A stretch of 64,000 bases of DNA from Candidatus Velthaea sp. (GCA_965214935.1 CBDCCS010000002.1:20617-84616); one strand, 5' to 3'; shown: positions 30,970-41,354, numbered from the stretch's first letter. A program made the numbers and translations. Notes: generated from the sequence alone by a model not told the origin.

Positions 30970-31542
30970 GTGAAAGCGCGCATCGCACCGGCCGTGAAAG
31001 TGCCGCGCAAGCCCACACCTGCGGACAAGGTGCCGTTGCGAGTCCCGGCTCCGACACTCGACGATCACCTGGCGATCATGACGCGCGCGGTTTTCGCCGC
31101 AGGCCTATCATGGTCGGCGATCGACGTACGCTGGCACGCATTCGTCACCGCGTTTTCGCAGTTTGAGATACACGCCGTTGCCGCCTACGGTGACTTCGAC
31201 GTCGAGCGCTTGATGGTGACGCCCGGTATCATCCATTCACGGAAGAAAATTGAAGGCAGCGTTCGCAATGCACGGACGCTGCTGCAACTTGCCGGTGGAT
31301 TCCCGTCGATCTCTGCATACGTCGAACGGTTCGAGACGTATGCGCAGACGCTCGCCGACGTTCGCGAGCGGTTCGCATTCGTCGGCGATCTAAGTTGTTA
31401 TTACTGGCTGTTTAGAACCGGACAGCGTGTGCCGCCGTTCGAGCGCTGGATCGAAACACAAAAAGCGGATCACCCGCGGATGCGCGAGATGATTCTTGCC
31501 GGACGAGAGGCCGGAACGTCGACCGAAACCGAGAGCTACTAG
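30970..31542 (+). CDS. DNA-3-methyladenine glycosylase I (Tag)-like protein
   Basis: VFAAGLSW, F..AF..F, VERLM..PGIIHSRKKI...VRNA, FAFVG. Confidence 0.8.
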   Translation: MKARIAPAVKVPRKPTPADKVPLRVPAPTLDDHLAIMTRAVFAAGLSWSAIDVRWHAFVTAFSQFEIHAVAAYGDFDVERLMVTPGIIHSRKKIEGSVRNARTLLQLAGGFPSISAYVERFETYAQTLADVRERFAFVGDLSCYYWLFRTGQRVPPFERWIETQKADHPRMREMILAGREAGTSTETESY

Positions 31543-31928
31543 GCACCATGTGCTTTCGCTTCGCGATACTGTGCGATATGTTCGTAGACGTGATCGGGGA
31601 ACTGCAGATCGCGGTACACATTTCCGGCATCGAGATCGTCGACGTTCGGGATGATCGGAAAATCCTGACGCGATTGAAAGTCTAAAATCTTCGCACGTTT
31701 GGGCGGGCTATAGTCGGCTTCTTCAACTTGCGCGATGAGCTGGCGCGCATCTTCCTCACCGAGCGTTTCATCTTTGGTCAATTCCGCGACGATCTCATCC
31801 GCCGATCCGAAATGCCGGGCGATCATCGTAAATACGAGCCGGCCGTAATGACCGATATCCTGTCCTTGACCGAGCGAATCGAGCAAATGAGTCATCATCG
31901 CATCGCGTCGTAATTCATCAACCATCAT
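31539..31928 (-). CDS. Hypothetical protein resembling primase PriL C-terminal/PriX domain
   Basis: Compact 129-aa ORF; LLDSLGQGQDIGHYGRL and DYSPPK. The CDS is well supported; the fold call is tentative. Confidence 0.75.
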   Translation of the reverse strand: MMVDELRRDAMMTHLLDSLGQGQDIGHYGRLVFTMIARHFGSADEIVAELTKDETLGEEDARQLIAQVEEADYSPPKRAKILDFQSRQDFPIIPNVDDLDAGNVYRDLQFPDHVYEHIAQYREAKAHGA

Positions 31929-31964
31929 ACGTCCAGTATACCCGAACGTACGTTCGCAAAACGC

Positions 31965-33395
31965 CTAATTTGCACTTCGCGGCGTAAAAGCTTGCTGCCG
32001 CTCGAGCGAACGCGGCGTAATGCCGTCGGCGCGCAGCCGGATCGCAAACGACGTACCGTTCGTTGCGGATTCAACCAGCGCTAGATTGCCGCCCGCGCGT
32101 TCGACTGCGCGCTTCGCAATCGCAAGCCCAAGGCCCGACCCCTCGATATCACCGCGCCGCGAACCACGAAAAAAACGGTCGAAGATTGCATCGCGTTCGC
32201 CCGGTAATATACCCGGCCCGCTGTCGGAGATACGAATTTCAACTCCGGATGCATGCGCGCTCACGCGGATCGCGATCGGTGAGCCGGGCGCATATTTGGT
32301 CGCATTATCGACGATATTGGCAAGCGCTTCGTACAAATCGCCGCGATTACCGATGATCGTGGCATCGACTTCGATTGCAAGGTCGAAGCGCTGGGCGACG
32401 ATTTCGCGACGCGTGCCGATGATATCGTTCTCGATTAAAGCCGTTAAGTCGAACGGCTCGGCCGGCCGTACGTCCTCGCCTTCAAGCCGGGCCAGCAATA
32501 CGAGGTTATCGATGAGCGTCCGCATACGCGTTCCCTCGATGGCAATCGTCGAGAAAATTCGTCGCGAGCGCTCGTCGTCCGGAGCGCGCCGCTTGAGCAT
32601 ATCGATGTACCCGAGTACGATCGTCAGCGGGGTGCGAAGCTCGTGCCCGGCATCGGCGACGAATTGCCGCATCTGCGCTTCGGCCGCCGCACGTTCATCG
32701 AATGCCGCCTCGACTTGAGCGGCCGCGGCATTGTACGCGCGGGCGAGCTGATCGAATTCGCTGCGACCGGCGATCGTGATCGGCGCGGCACTGAAGTCGC
32801 GCCCCGCAAAACGCGTCAGCGCCGATGTTACGTCGTAGAGCGGACGCAGCGCTTGCAAGGTGATGTACCGGCCGATCGCCCAGGCAACGAGGCCCGCGAG
32901 CGCGCCGGTGAGAACGAGAATACCAATCGAGATTCCGACGATCGTCCGCACCCGAGCGAGGTCCGCGAAGACGACGCTCAGCCCGCCGAGATACGGGCGC
33001 CGGATCGGCCGGATACCGAGAAACGTCGCCGCGAGGAAGCCGAGCCGGTCGTTATAGAAGGCGCGCCCGGGCACCGGCGGCGCACCCGCAACGCCGCGCC
33101 GGTCCGGCGGCCGGGGCGCAAAATAGGGTGGCCGCGGGATTGCTTGTATCGAGATACCCGGCCGTGCGACGCGGCGAACGAGCAATTGCGAGCCGGCGGC
33201 CCAGTCATCGCGATCGGCGCGTGCCCGCGCTTCAATGTCGGGTATCTGACGACCGACGGCTTCGATCTGTTCGTTCGTCTCGCGAGCGTAGAGAAATAAC
33301 GCCGCGAGCATCACCGAACCGGCTAAGAGCAGCACGAGCAATGTTGCGACCACGACGTACCAAGCCGTTAAACGGCGAGCGAGCGAAGCGAACAT
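31965..33395 (-). CDS. HAMP sensor histidine kinase
   Basis: Two TM helices, FVADAGHELRTPLT, NIVDNATKY, DSGPG, GSGLGLAI. Confidence 0.95.
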   Translation of the reverse strand: MFASLARRLTAWYVVVATLLVLLLAGSVMLAALFLYARETNEQIEAVGRQIPDIEARARADRDDWAAGSQLLVRRVARPGISIQAIPRPPYFAPRPPDRRGVAGAPPVPGRAFYNDRLGFLAATFLGIRPIRRPYLGGLSVVFADLARVRTIVGISIGILVLTGALAGLVAWAIGRYITLQALRPLYDVTSALTRFAGRDFSAAPITIAGRSEFDQLARAYNAAAAQVEAAFDERAAAEAQMRQFVADAGHELRTPLTIVLGYIDMLKRRAPDDERSRRIFSTIAIEGTRMRTLIDNLVLLARLEGEDVRPAEPFDLTALIENDIIGTRREIVAQRFDLAIEVDATIIGNRGDLYEALANIVDNATKYAPGSPIAIRVSAHASGVEIRISDSGPGILPGERDAIFDRFFRGSRRGDIEGSGLGLAIAKRAVERAGGNLALVESATNGTSFAIRLRADGITPRSLERQQAFTPRSAN

Positions 33396-34072
33396 TACTG
33401 GGCCCGCAACGCATAACCCGCACCCCGGATCGTGCGAATTAATTTCGGCTCGAAGTTTGCGTCTATTTTCGCGCGAAGATACGAGACATACGTCTCGACG
33501 GCGCCCGGACCGACGTCCCGATCGCTGCCCCAAACGAGATCGAGCAGCTGATCGCGCGTAAACACCCGCTCGGGATTGCGTGCAAAGGTTACCAGCAGCG
33601 CGTATTCACGCGCCGAAAGGTCGATGCGCTCCTTGCCGCGTCGCACATCGCGCCGGTCGAGGTCGATGGTAAGATCGGCATAACTGACAATCGAGGGATG
33701 CTCGAGCCGCGGCCGGCGCAACGCCGTGTGCAGCCGAGCGAGCAACTCCGAAACCTCGAATGGTTTGGCGATATAGTCGTCCGCGCCGCGCCGCAAACCC
33801 GTGATGCGATCGTCGGTATCGGCTTTTGCACTCAACATTAAAATCGGCGCCTCGGTAAAGCGCCGCAGCATCGGCAACAGATCGAGTCCGTTGACTTGCG
33901 GCAGCATAACGTCGAGCACGATGGCATCCGGTCGCCAATCGCGGACGAGCGCCAGCCCTGCGGGACCGTCGCCGGCAGACCGGACCTCGAAGCCGTCCTC
34001 CCCAAGCGCCAGTTCCAGCAGTTCTCGAAGATGACGTTCGTCATCGATGACGGCTATACGCGGCGTCGGCAT
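33395..34072 (-). CDS. OmpR/MprA-family response regulator
   Basis: VIDDE, LDVMLP, GADDYIAKPF, VETYVSYLRAKID, TIRGAGY. Confidence 0.96.
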   Translation of the reverse strand: MPTPRIAVIDDERHLRELLELALGEDGFEVRSAGDGPAGLALVRDWRPDAIVLDVMLPQVNGLDLLPMLRRFTEAPILMLSAKADTDDRITGLRRGADDYIAKPFEVSELLARLHTALRRPRLEHPSIVSYADLTIDLDRRDVRRGKERIDLSAREYALLVTFARNPERVFTRDQLLDLVWGSDRDVGPGAVETYVSYLRAKIDANFEPKLIRTIRGAGYALRAQ

Positions 34073-34076
34073 CGTC

Positions 34077-37000
34077 TTAGTGTTTCAAACTTCCGCCGCC
34101 GGTTCCCAGTTCGGTGGGACGGACGGCAAATAGACCGACCTGCGGCGCATACCCGACTCCAAGCCGCCCGCGAAAGGCGGTATAGCCGGCAGTCAATGCA
34201 GCGTCTTGCGTCAGCGCCGAGAAATACGCGCAGTTCAAGGTCGAGCGAAATCCCGCAAACGCAGCCCGGCGCTGCGGATCGGGCGCTGACCGCACGCTTC
34301 CGCCCGGCGCCTCACGTGAGCCGTCGACCGTCAGCCGCTCGTGTTGAGCGTTAGCGGGCGGGGGTCCGCCGCCCGCATCGGAGCCGCCCGCCAGCTCATG
34401 ACCGGCAGGCGGCGTATTCGCGTTCAGATCGCGCGTGCCGCCAACATCCGGCCGCATCTCCAAGTACCAATCGGCCCCGCGAACGCTGCCGTGCGGAACG
34501 AGCGCTATGCCCGTGACGGGCGAAAGCGGCTGTCCGGCGGCGAAGGCCGCCGCGGCCGCCCGCAGTTGCGTCAAGACCGGCCGAGCAAGCGCGGCATCGG
34601 CGGCAGTGCAACTTTGCCGCTTGTCCGCAACGGAAAGCGGATCGATACCGGGCGGCGGCGGAAACGGTGTAAACGCCCCTAAGCCCCGATTGCGCTGAGC
34701 TGCGCCGGTCTCGGCGACTGTCGGCACCGCCGCCGATGCAGTTGCTCGGCGTCCGGGCAACGCATGTCCGGCGCCGCGCACGGCGCCGGTATTGAATGAA
34801 TAGGTGAGGCTGAACTCACGCGGTGGATTCGGATTTGCCGCGAGCAGCAGCGAGCCGCCGCCGCTCGTTGCAATCGGCTGGGCGAACGCCGCACTCGACA
34901 GCACGCCCGACTCGGTGTTGAAGACGTTTGTTTCAAGCAACGCAATGCGTCCGATGCCCAGCGCGTGCGAAGCGCCGAGGCTCAACAACGCGTAGGGGTC
35001 GATGTGCTGTGAATTGTTTGAACCGACGTACTGCACGTTTGCGAGGAGCTCTAAGCCCGCAGCCGGCAGGTCGCCATCGAGCGTAAGATTGCCGCGATGC
35101 ACCGGCCGGCCCGGTATTTGCGCACCGACGATCGTCGTGCTGCTCAGTTGCGCTAACCGCGCATCGGCGGCCGTCACGCTGGCGCCGTTGGTTTGATAAC
35201 TCGGCAGCGCCACAAGGTGCGGCCCGAGTGCAATTCGTCCGCTTAGCGTAAAGCCCTCATAGACACGCGTCGTATCGCCGATCGGTTCGTTGACGTAGAC
35301 GTTGGCCGGATCGAGCACCGCAGCCGGACCGCAGGTGTATGGCGAAGTAAAGTAGTTCTGTAAGGCTGCGACGTACGGGCTCGCTGCCGTGAAGCCGAGC
35401 CCTGCGGCGACGATTTGTGCGTTTACGAGCTGATCCGCCTGGCTTTGATGATAGACGTCCAAACTCAAAGAACCGAACTTCCAATCATGCGTCCAGCTCG
35501 CATCGTAACTGATGGCAGATTGACGGCCGGCGAGATCGCCGGGTCCGTTCACTTCGGCGGTTCCGGCCGCGCAGTTGAAACGCGCTGCGGCGGGATCGCT
35601 GAACGTGCGGACCAAACCTGCCGCCGGTTGGGAACTGCCGACGCTTAACGAGGCGGCGTAGGTATCGTTGCCGGTGGGACGCCACGTGCCGCCGAGGCCG
35701 CCCAGTAACGATGTTCCCGAACCGTTCGTACTTGCCAGCGAAACGTTCGGTCCGAGCGACAGCCGATCGTTTATCTTGTACAGATCCGAGAGTGCGTAAG
35801 TTTGCGAACCGGTTCCCGCGGTCGAGCCGATGACGAACGCACTTGAGTTGACCGTCGGCATGAAATTCGTGACCGACGCATACGTCGAGCCGTGCAAGCT
35901 GAAGGTCGAGCGTCCGACATCGACGGTAGATAAAAAGGCGATGCCGCGCGAAAGCGTCTTCGTCGTCGTTACCAGCGGCGACGCAACGCCGTCGACATAG
36001 CGCAAGGCATCGTTCTGATTGCCGTCGGTCGAGTTGACGTACGTCGATAGACTCGTCGTTACATTACCGACTAGCGACTGTACGGTACCGTAGACGAATT
36101 GATATTTGTTCGCGTTTGTATTCCCCGGACCCGTACCGCACGGTAAGATCGTGACGTCTTGGGTGCATAAGGACGACGTGCCGCGATCGTTTTGCAACGC
36201 CGTGAGATTAAGCGTCGTTCGATCGTCGAGTGCATAACGCAGCTTTAGAAAATTGCCGGCTTGACTGGATTCGCCGGCATGCGGATAGGTCAGGCCGCTT
36301 TGATCGGTATACGTCGCGAATGTCAGCGGGTTGTCCGACTCGCGCAGCGTGTGCAGCAGCGCGATACCTAATTTTCCGAACGAACCGGTTTCGCCGAATT
36401 GATAGTTGAATCGGTCGAAGGTACCGTACGAGGTTGACGCCTGCGAGACCCAGGTTTGCGTCGGCTGCAAGGTGCGAAAATTGACGGCTCCGCCGAGCGA
36501 ACCGGCCTGCGCGGCGAAACTCACGCTCGCGCCGCCGAAAAGGTCGGTATTGAGCGACCGCAGATCGGTTGCCGAACCCGGCGCTCCGAGCGGAATACCG
36601 TCAAGGGTGATCGCCGTTTGCGATTCATCGTGACCGTTGAGCGAGATCGTTTGCGCAGCATCCGGATCGTTCGAGCTTTGCGTGACGTCGACGCCGGCAA
36701 TTTTACCGAGCGCATCGGTAAGCGAGTCGGAAACTTTGCGGATCGAACTATCGGCATCGACGTCGTGCGTGCTGATCGAAACTCGGGCGCTCACCCGTCC
36801 GATGACCTTCACACCGTTTGCCGTCGCAAGCGCGCCCGACGGCACATCGGCGCGCGCAACGGCAGCCGCCAGATTGACATCGATGTCGACTTCCTTATTA
36901 CCTAAGATCTCGAACTGCGCCGACGTGCTGCCGCCGAAACCGGATTTGCTGACGCGCACGCGATACAGTCCCGACGGCACGTCGGTATATTTAACGCTGC

Positions 37001-37211
37001 CGCTTCTATTCGTCAATGCCGATGCTTGCGTCGCCCCGAGCAGCACGATGCGCGCGTCGGCCAACGGTGCCTTGCTCGTCGCATCGACGACGGTGATGCT
37101 GATGATTCCGGTCTCTTGCGAGCTTTGTGCGCGCACCGGCGGGGATACGAGTGTCGCACATACCGCCAGCAAGATGATCATGACGCGCAAAAGCGGCGGC
37201 AGCCTATGCAT
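34077..37211 (-). CDS. TonB-dependent receptor-like outer-membrane protein with C-terminal extension
   Basis: Signal peptide, carboxypeptidase-regulatory-like N-domain, plug motifs (SLTDALGKIAGV, ITLDGIPL, LGGAVNFRT), alternating beta strands. Confidence 0.82.
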   Translation of the reverse strand: MHRLPPLLRVMIILLAVCATLVSPPVRAQSSQETGIISITVVDATSKAPLADARIVLLGATQASALTNRSGSVKYTDVPSGLYRVRVSKSGFGGSTSAQFEILGNKEVDIDVNLAAAVARADVPSGALATANGVKVIGRVSARVSISTHDVDADSSIRKVSDSLTDALGKIAGVDVTQSSNDPDAAQTISLNGHDESQTAITLDGIPLGAPGSATDLRSLNTDLFGGASVSFAAQAGSLGGAVNFRTLQPTQTWVSQASTSYGTFDRFNYQFGETGSFGKLGIALLHTLRESDNPLTFATYTDQSGLTYPHAGESSQAGNFLKLRYALDDRTTLNLTALQNDRGTSSLCTQDVTILPCGTGPGNTNANKYQFVYGTVQSLVGNVTTSLSTYVNSTDGNQNDALRYVDGVASPLVTTTKTLSRGIAFLSTVDVGRSTFSLHGSTYASVTNFMPTVNSSAFVIGSTAGTGSQTYALSDLYKINDRLSLGPNVSLASTNGSGTSLLGGLGGTWRPTGNDTYAASLSVGSSQPAAGLVRTFSDPAAARFNCAAGTAEVNGPGDLAGRQSAISYDASWTHDWKFGSLSLDVYHQSQADQLVNAQIVAAGLGFTAASPYVAALQNYFTSPYTCGPAAVLDPANVYVNEPIGDTTRVYEGFTLSGRIALGPHLVALPSYQTNGASVTAADARLAQLSSTTIVGAQIPGRPVHRGNLTLDGDLPAAGLELLANVQYVGSNNSQHIDPYALLSLGASHALGIGRIALLETNVFNTESGVLSSAAFAQPIATSGGGSLLLAANPNPPREFSLTYSFNTGAVRGAGHALPGRRATASAAVPTVAETGAAQRNRGLGAFTPFPPPPGIDPLSVADKRQSCTAADAALARPVLTQLRAAAAAFAAGQPLSPVTGIALVPHGSVRGADWYLEMRPDVGGTRDLNANTPPAGHELAGGSDAGGGPPPANAQHERLTVDGSREAPGGSVRSAPDPQRRAAFAGFRSTLNCAYFSALTQDAALTAGYTAFRGRLGVGYAPQVGLFAVRPTELGTGGGSLKH

Positions 37212-37254
37212 CGGGCTCGATCGTCGCATACCGACCTGGGATGGCCCTAAGAGC

Positions 37255-39087
37255 TTACGTTCCGGAAGCGTGGCCGCGTAGCGCTGCAATGGCATCTAAG
37301 AATCGCTCGCCGAAGTCGGCGAGCTTCTTGTCGCCGACGCCGCTGATGGCCCGCATTTCGCTCAGCGTGCGCGGCGCCTCGCGCGCCATCGCGCGTAGCA
37401 CCGCGTCGCTGAAGATATGGAACGCGGGTACATCGCGCCGGTCGGCAAGCGCCTTGCGTACGACGCGTAATGCGGCAAAGATTTCCACGTCGTAATCGCC
37501 GTCGCCATCAGCCGACTGCTTCGTGCGTGCTTTGACCGGGGCGATCGCGGCCGCCCGGATCGAGATCGGCGCGCGTTCGGCGAGCGCACGCCGACCGGCG
37601 GCCGTCAGCGTTACGACATTGTACCGAGCGGAATCGGCCGCGATCAGATCCAGCCGCACGAGTTCGCCGGCCAGGTGCCGCCACGCCGGCCGGCTTACAT
37701 CGGCGCCGATCCCGAAGGTCGAGAGCTGCGCATGTCCCCAGCGCTCGATCTTTTCATTGTACGAACCGAGCAACACGTCGATGATGTGCGATATGCCGAA
37801 CTCGCCGCCGTTCTTTTGTCGAATCCGATAGATGCAGGACAACATCTTCTGCGCCGGGAGCGTCATCTCGACCGCCGGCCGGGGCTCCAAACAGTTGTCG
37901 CACGCACCGCAGTCGCCGGCCGCCAACGCTTCACCGAAGTACGCCAGCAGTTCGCGCCGGCGGCAGCCATCGGCATAGGCGTAACGCGTCATCTGCTCGA
38001 GTTGTGCGCGCGCAACCGCCTGTTCTGCGGCATCGGCCTTGTCGGCCAAGAAGCGCTCGTATTTATTTATGTCGCCGTGACTAAAGAACAGCAGACAATC
38101 GGCGGGCAAGCCGTCGCGGCCGGCGCGGCCGGTTTCTTGATAATAACCTTCAACATTCTTCGGCATGTCGTAATGCACGACGAAGCGCACGTTTGACTTG
38201 TTGATCCCCATTCCGAATGCAACGGTCGCACAGACGACACGAATATCATCGCGTAAAAACCGATCCTGATTGCGCGAGCGGATTTCGGGCGCCAACCCGG
38301 CGTGATACGGCACGGCGGAAATGCCGCTCCCGACGAGCTTGGCGGCAAGCATTTCCGTCGACGCACGGCTTTGCACGTAGACGATGCCGGCCTCATCGGG
38401 CCGCTTTCGCAGCCAGGCAACGAGCGAATCGGCGGCTCGCACCTTCGGCGTCACCCGATACGTGAGGTTCGGCCGGTTGAAGCTGGCGACATAGACGCGC
38501 GGGTTGCGCAAGGCGAGCCGGTCGATGATGTCGGCTCGCACCCGGTCGGTTGCCGTTGCGGTCAACGCGATAAACGGCTGGTCGGCAAAGCGCCGCCGCA
38601 ATTCGGCGATGCGCCGGTACTCCGGCCGGAAGTCGTGGCCCCACTCGCTGATGCAATGTGCCTCGTCGACGGCAAAGCGCGCAACGTTCCAGCGCTCGAG
38701 GTCGGCGGCGAACCCGGGTTGCGCGAGACGCTCGGGCGCAACGTACAACAAGCGATATGCGCCGGCGTCCAGACCGCGTAAGCGTGCCCGGACGCCGTCG
38801 TATTCGAGCGATGAATTCAGGTACGTCGCCGGTATGCCCGCCGTGGTCAGGGCATCCACCTGATCTTTCATCAACGCAATGAGCGGTGAAATGACGACGG
38901 TAAGTCCGCTACCGACGAGCGCGGGTAATTGAAAACACAACGATTTTCCGCCGCCCGTCGGCAGCAGCGCGAACACATCTCGGCCGGCTAGAACATCTTC
39001 GACGATTTCAGCTTGCAGCGGCCGAAAAGCATCGAAGCCGAAATGGTGTTTGAGCGCATCATGCAACGCGCCGTCCGCAACGGTCAT
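37255..39087 (-). CDS. recQ: ATP-dependent DNA helicase RecQ
   Basis: LPTGGGKSLC, VDEAHCISEWGHDFRPEY, QETGRAGRDG, CRR..CGACDNC zinc site, RQC and HRDC domains. Confidence 0.97.
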   Translation of the reverse strand: MTVADGALHDALKHHFGFDAFRPLQAEIVEDVLAGRDVFALLPTGGGKSLCFQLPALVGSGLTVVISPLIALMKDQVDALTTAGIPATYLNSSLEYDGVRARLRGLDAGAYRLLYVAPERLAQPGFAADLERWNVARFAVDEAHCISEWGHDFRPEYRRIAELRRRFADQPFIALTATATDRVRADIIDRLALRNPRVYVASFNRPNLTYRVTPKVRAADSLVAWLRKRPDEAGIVYVQSRASTEMLAAKLVGSGISAVPYHAGLAPEIRSRNQDRFLRDDIRVVCATVAFGMGINKSNVRFVVHYDMPKNVEGYYQETGRAGRDGLPADCLLFFSHGDINKYERFLADKADAAEQAVARAQLEQMTRYAYADGCRRRELLAYFGEALAAGDCGACDNCLEPRPAVEMTLPAQKMLSCIYRIRQKNGGEFGISHIIDVLLGSYNEKIERWGHAQLSTFGIGADVSRPAWRHLAGELVRLDLIAADSARYNVVTLTAAGRRALAERAPISIRAAAIAPVKARTKQSADGDGDYDVEIFAALRVVRKALADRRDVPAFHIFSDAVLRAMAREAPRTLSEMRAISGVGDKKLADFGERFLDAIAALRGHASGT

Positions 39088-39276
39088 GTCAACGGTCCTT
39101 CGACAACCGAGTTCCGCTTGCCGTCGAGGCGCCGCTTCGCATCGAAGCCTGTCCGAAACTGTACTAAATATCCGATCACGCACTCGTGTGGAGCGGCAAG
39201 CGGCCGGGCAATCCGCATTGGGACGACGAGCGTTGCAGGGATACCACTCCCGGCCGCACACCGAAGCAAACACACC

Positions 39277-40431
39277 ATGCCGTTACTCTGGGCGATCGTC
39301 ATCGTGCAGGCCGTGCTTGCCGTTCGCGTCGTCGCGCGCATGCTGCGCACCGCGACCGGCAAACAGCTCAGCATCGACGCGGACAACACAAGTCCCGCCG
39401 GATGTATTTCCGTGATCGTACCGGTGCTCAATGAATTCGAGCGGCTCGGAACCTGTCTCGAACGGCTGATCGAATGCGGCCCCGAAGTGCGCGAGATCCT
39501 GGTCGTCGACGGCGGATCCGACGACGGCACGCTCGATGTCGTCGCGTCGTTTGCCGCGGCCGACCCGCGCGTACGTGCTATCGACGCCGCGCCGGTCGCG
39601 CGCGGTTGGAACGGCAAGGCCTGGGGCCTAGAGAGCGGGCTGCACGCAGCATCGCCCGCATCAACCTGGATTGCTACGATCGATGCGGACGTCCGCATCA
39701 AACCGGCGCTTTTCGCAACAATCGTTCCTTGGGCGCAACGTTGTGCGGTTCCGGCGTTAAGCATCGCAACCAAACAGGACCTCGGCGACCGCAGGTCGGG
39801 TCTCCTTCATCCGGCGATGCTCACCACGCTGGTCTACCGTTTTGGGTTACCGGGAAACGCCACCCGATCGGCCGGCGCCGTTCAGGCAAACGGGCAATGC
39901 TTTTTCGCCGAACGACAACTGCTCCTCAACACCAACGCGTTTTTCAAAGCACGCGCTTCAATATGCGAAGACGTCGAGATCGCACGCATGCTTGCGCGCG
40001 CGCGACACCGGGTCGGCTTTTATGAAGCCGATACGCTCGCCGTCGTGCGCATGCACGACACCTGGCGCGAATTGTGGCTGAACTGGCCGCGCTCTCTCAC
40101 CTTGCGCGACGGCATCTCCGTCTGGCACACGGCGATCGGCCTTGCCGAAATCTTTTTCGTTCAAGCTCTGCCGCTCGCATTCGTGCTGCTGTTGATGATG
40201 GGCGGCCACGATTCGCCGGCACGTGCCGTTGCTTACGGCTTCAATCTCGTGCTGGTCGGCATCCGGCTTGGCGTTTTGGCGGGAACCTACCGTGCTTACC
40301 GGAACCCGCCGTGGACATATTGGCTCTCACTCTTTGCGGATCTGCCGGTGACGGCCGCACTTATCGTTAGCGCCCTCCGCCGCCGGCATACTTGGCGCGG
40401 GCGAACGCTGGTTTCGGATCGGATGACGTGA
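39277..40431 (+). CDS. Membrane GT2, CruG-like carotenoid glycosyltransferase
   Basis: VIVPVLNE, VDGGSDDGT, GWNGKAW, DAD, ANGQC, EDV, WPRSL; adjacent to cruF-like gene. Confidence 0.8.
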   Translation: MPLLWAIVIVQAVLAVRVVARMLRTATGKQLSIDADNTSPAGCISVIVPVLNEFERLGTCLERLIECGPEVREILVVDGGSDDGTLDVVASFAAADPRVRAIDAAPVARGWNGKAWGLESGLHAASPASTWIATIDADVRIKPALFATIVPWAQRCAVPALSIATKQDLGDRRSGLLHPAMLTTLVYRFGLPGNATRSAGAVQANGQCFFAERQLLLNTNAFFKARASICEDVEIARMLARARHRVGFYEADTLAVVRMHDTWRELWLNWPRSLTLRDGISVWHTAIGLAEIFFVQALPLAFVLLLMMGGHDSPARAVAYGFNLVLVGIRLGVLAGTYRAYRNPPWTYWLSLFADLPVTAALIVSALRRRHTWRGRTLVSDRMT

Positions 40432-41273
40432 ATCGAATCGCCTGGGCCTTTGTCGGTCTGCACGCCCTCGCATTGCTCTTAGGCCTCTTCGGTCTGCTCG
40501 TTGCGATTCCACATCCCGAGCTGTGGGCCGGACATCCGGACGACATGGCCTTCTTCGCCTTCGCGATCAATAAGACGGGTGGCACGGGGATGGTACTGGG
40601 CGCCGTCGCGATGATCGCCTTCGGCATTGCCGCGCTGGGTGCACGCCGGACGCTGCTGTTTTTTGCAGCAGCTTGCGTGATTTCGGCAACGGCCGAGTTG
40701 ACCGGTACGAAAACCGGCTGGCCCTTCGGCGGCTATGAGTATACCGACTTTCTGGGTTACAAGCTGCTGGGTCGCGTTCCGTTCGCCATCCCGCTGTCAT
40801 GGTTTTACATGGGCTTCGCATCGCTGCTCATAGCCGATTCGATCGCCGCAGCGCGCGGCTGGCGCAATCGTACGCTGTGGGCGATCGTCCTCGGTGCGTA
40901 CCTGCTTACCGCTTGGGATCTTGTCCTGGATCCGTCGATGGCTGCACCGCAGCTAGCCTACATCCACTTCTGGGTGTGGCACGAACACGGACCGTATTTC
41001 GGCATGCCGCTGCGTAATTTGGCCGGCTGGTTCGGCACCGGCCTGGCGTTTATTGCCGTCGGGCGCTTACTGTGGCGCGATCGCGTGACGCCCGTCGCGG
41101 CTCCGTGGCTGCCGTTTGCCGTTTACGCAACTAACGTCGTGTGGTCGATGGTGCTGAGCTTGTCGGCAGGGATGTGGCAGACGGCGCTCGCGGCGGTCAT
41201 CTTCAGCCTCGTCCCGGCGGCACTTGCGGTGATCCCGCCCGCGGTACGCAGCGAGCGCTTCGCTAAGGCGTAA
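40428..41273 (+). CDS. cruF: CruF-like carotenoid 1'-hydroxylase/1,2-hydratase
   Basis: ELTGTKTGWPFGGYEYT..LG, VPFAIPLSWF, AWDLVLDPSM, YFGMPLRNLAGW. Confidence 0.85.
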   Translation: MNRIAWAFVGLHALALLLGLFGLLVAIPHPELWAGHPDDMAFFAFAINKTGGTGMVLGAVAMIAFGIAALGARRTLLFFAAACVISATAELTGTKTGWPFGGYEYTDFLGYKLLGRVPFAIPLSWFYMGFASLLIADSIAAARGWRNRTLWAIVLGAYLLTAWDLVLDPSMAAPQLAYIHFWVWHEHGPYFGMPLRNLAGWFGTGLAFIAVGRLLWRDRVTPVAAPWLPFAVYATNVVWSMVLSLSAGMWQTALAAVIFSLVPAALAVIPPAVRSERFAKA

Positions 41274-41354
41274 TCGGCAATTTACCCGCCGCTCGGTCAG
41301 TTCGGCCCGCGGGCGATCTCCGCGTGGGGAATTCGCACGAAAACCGCCCGAGTC

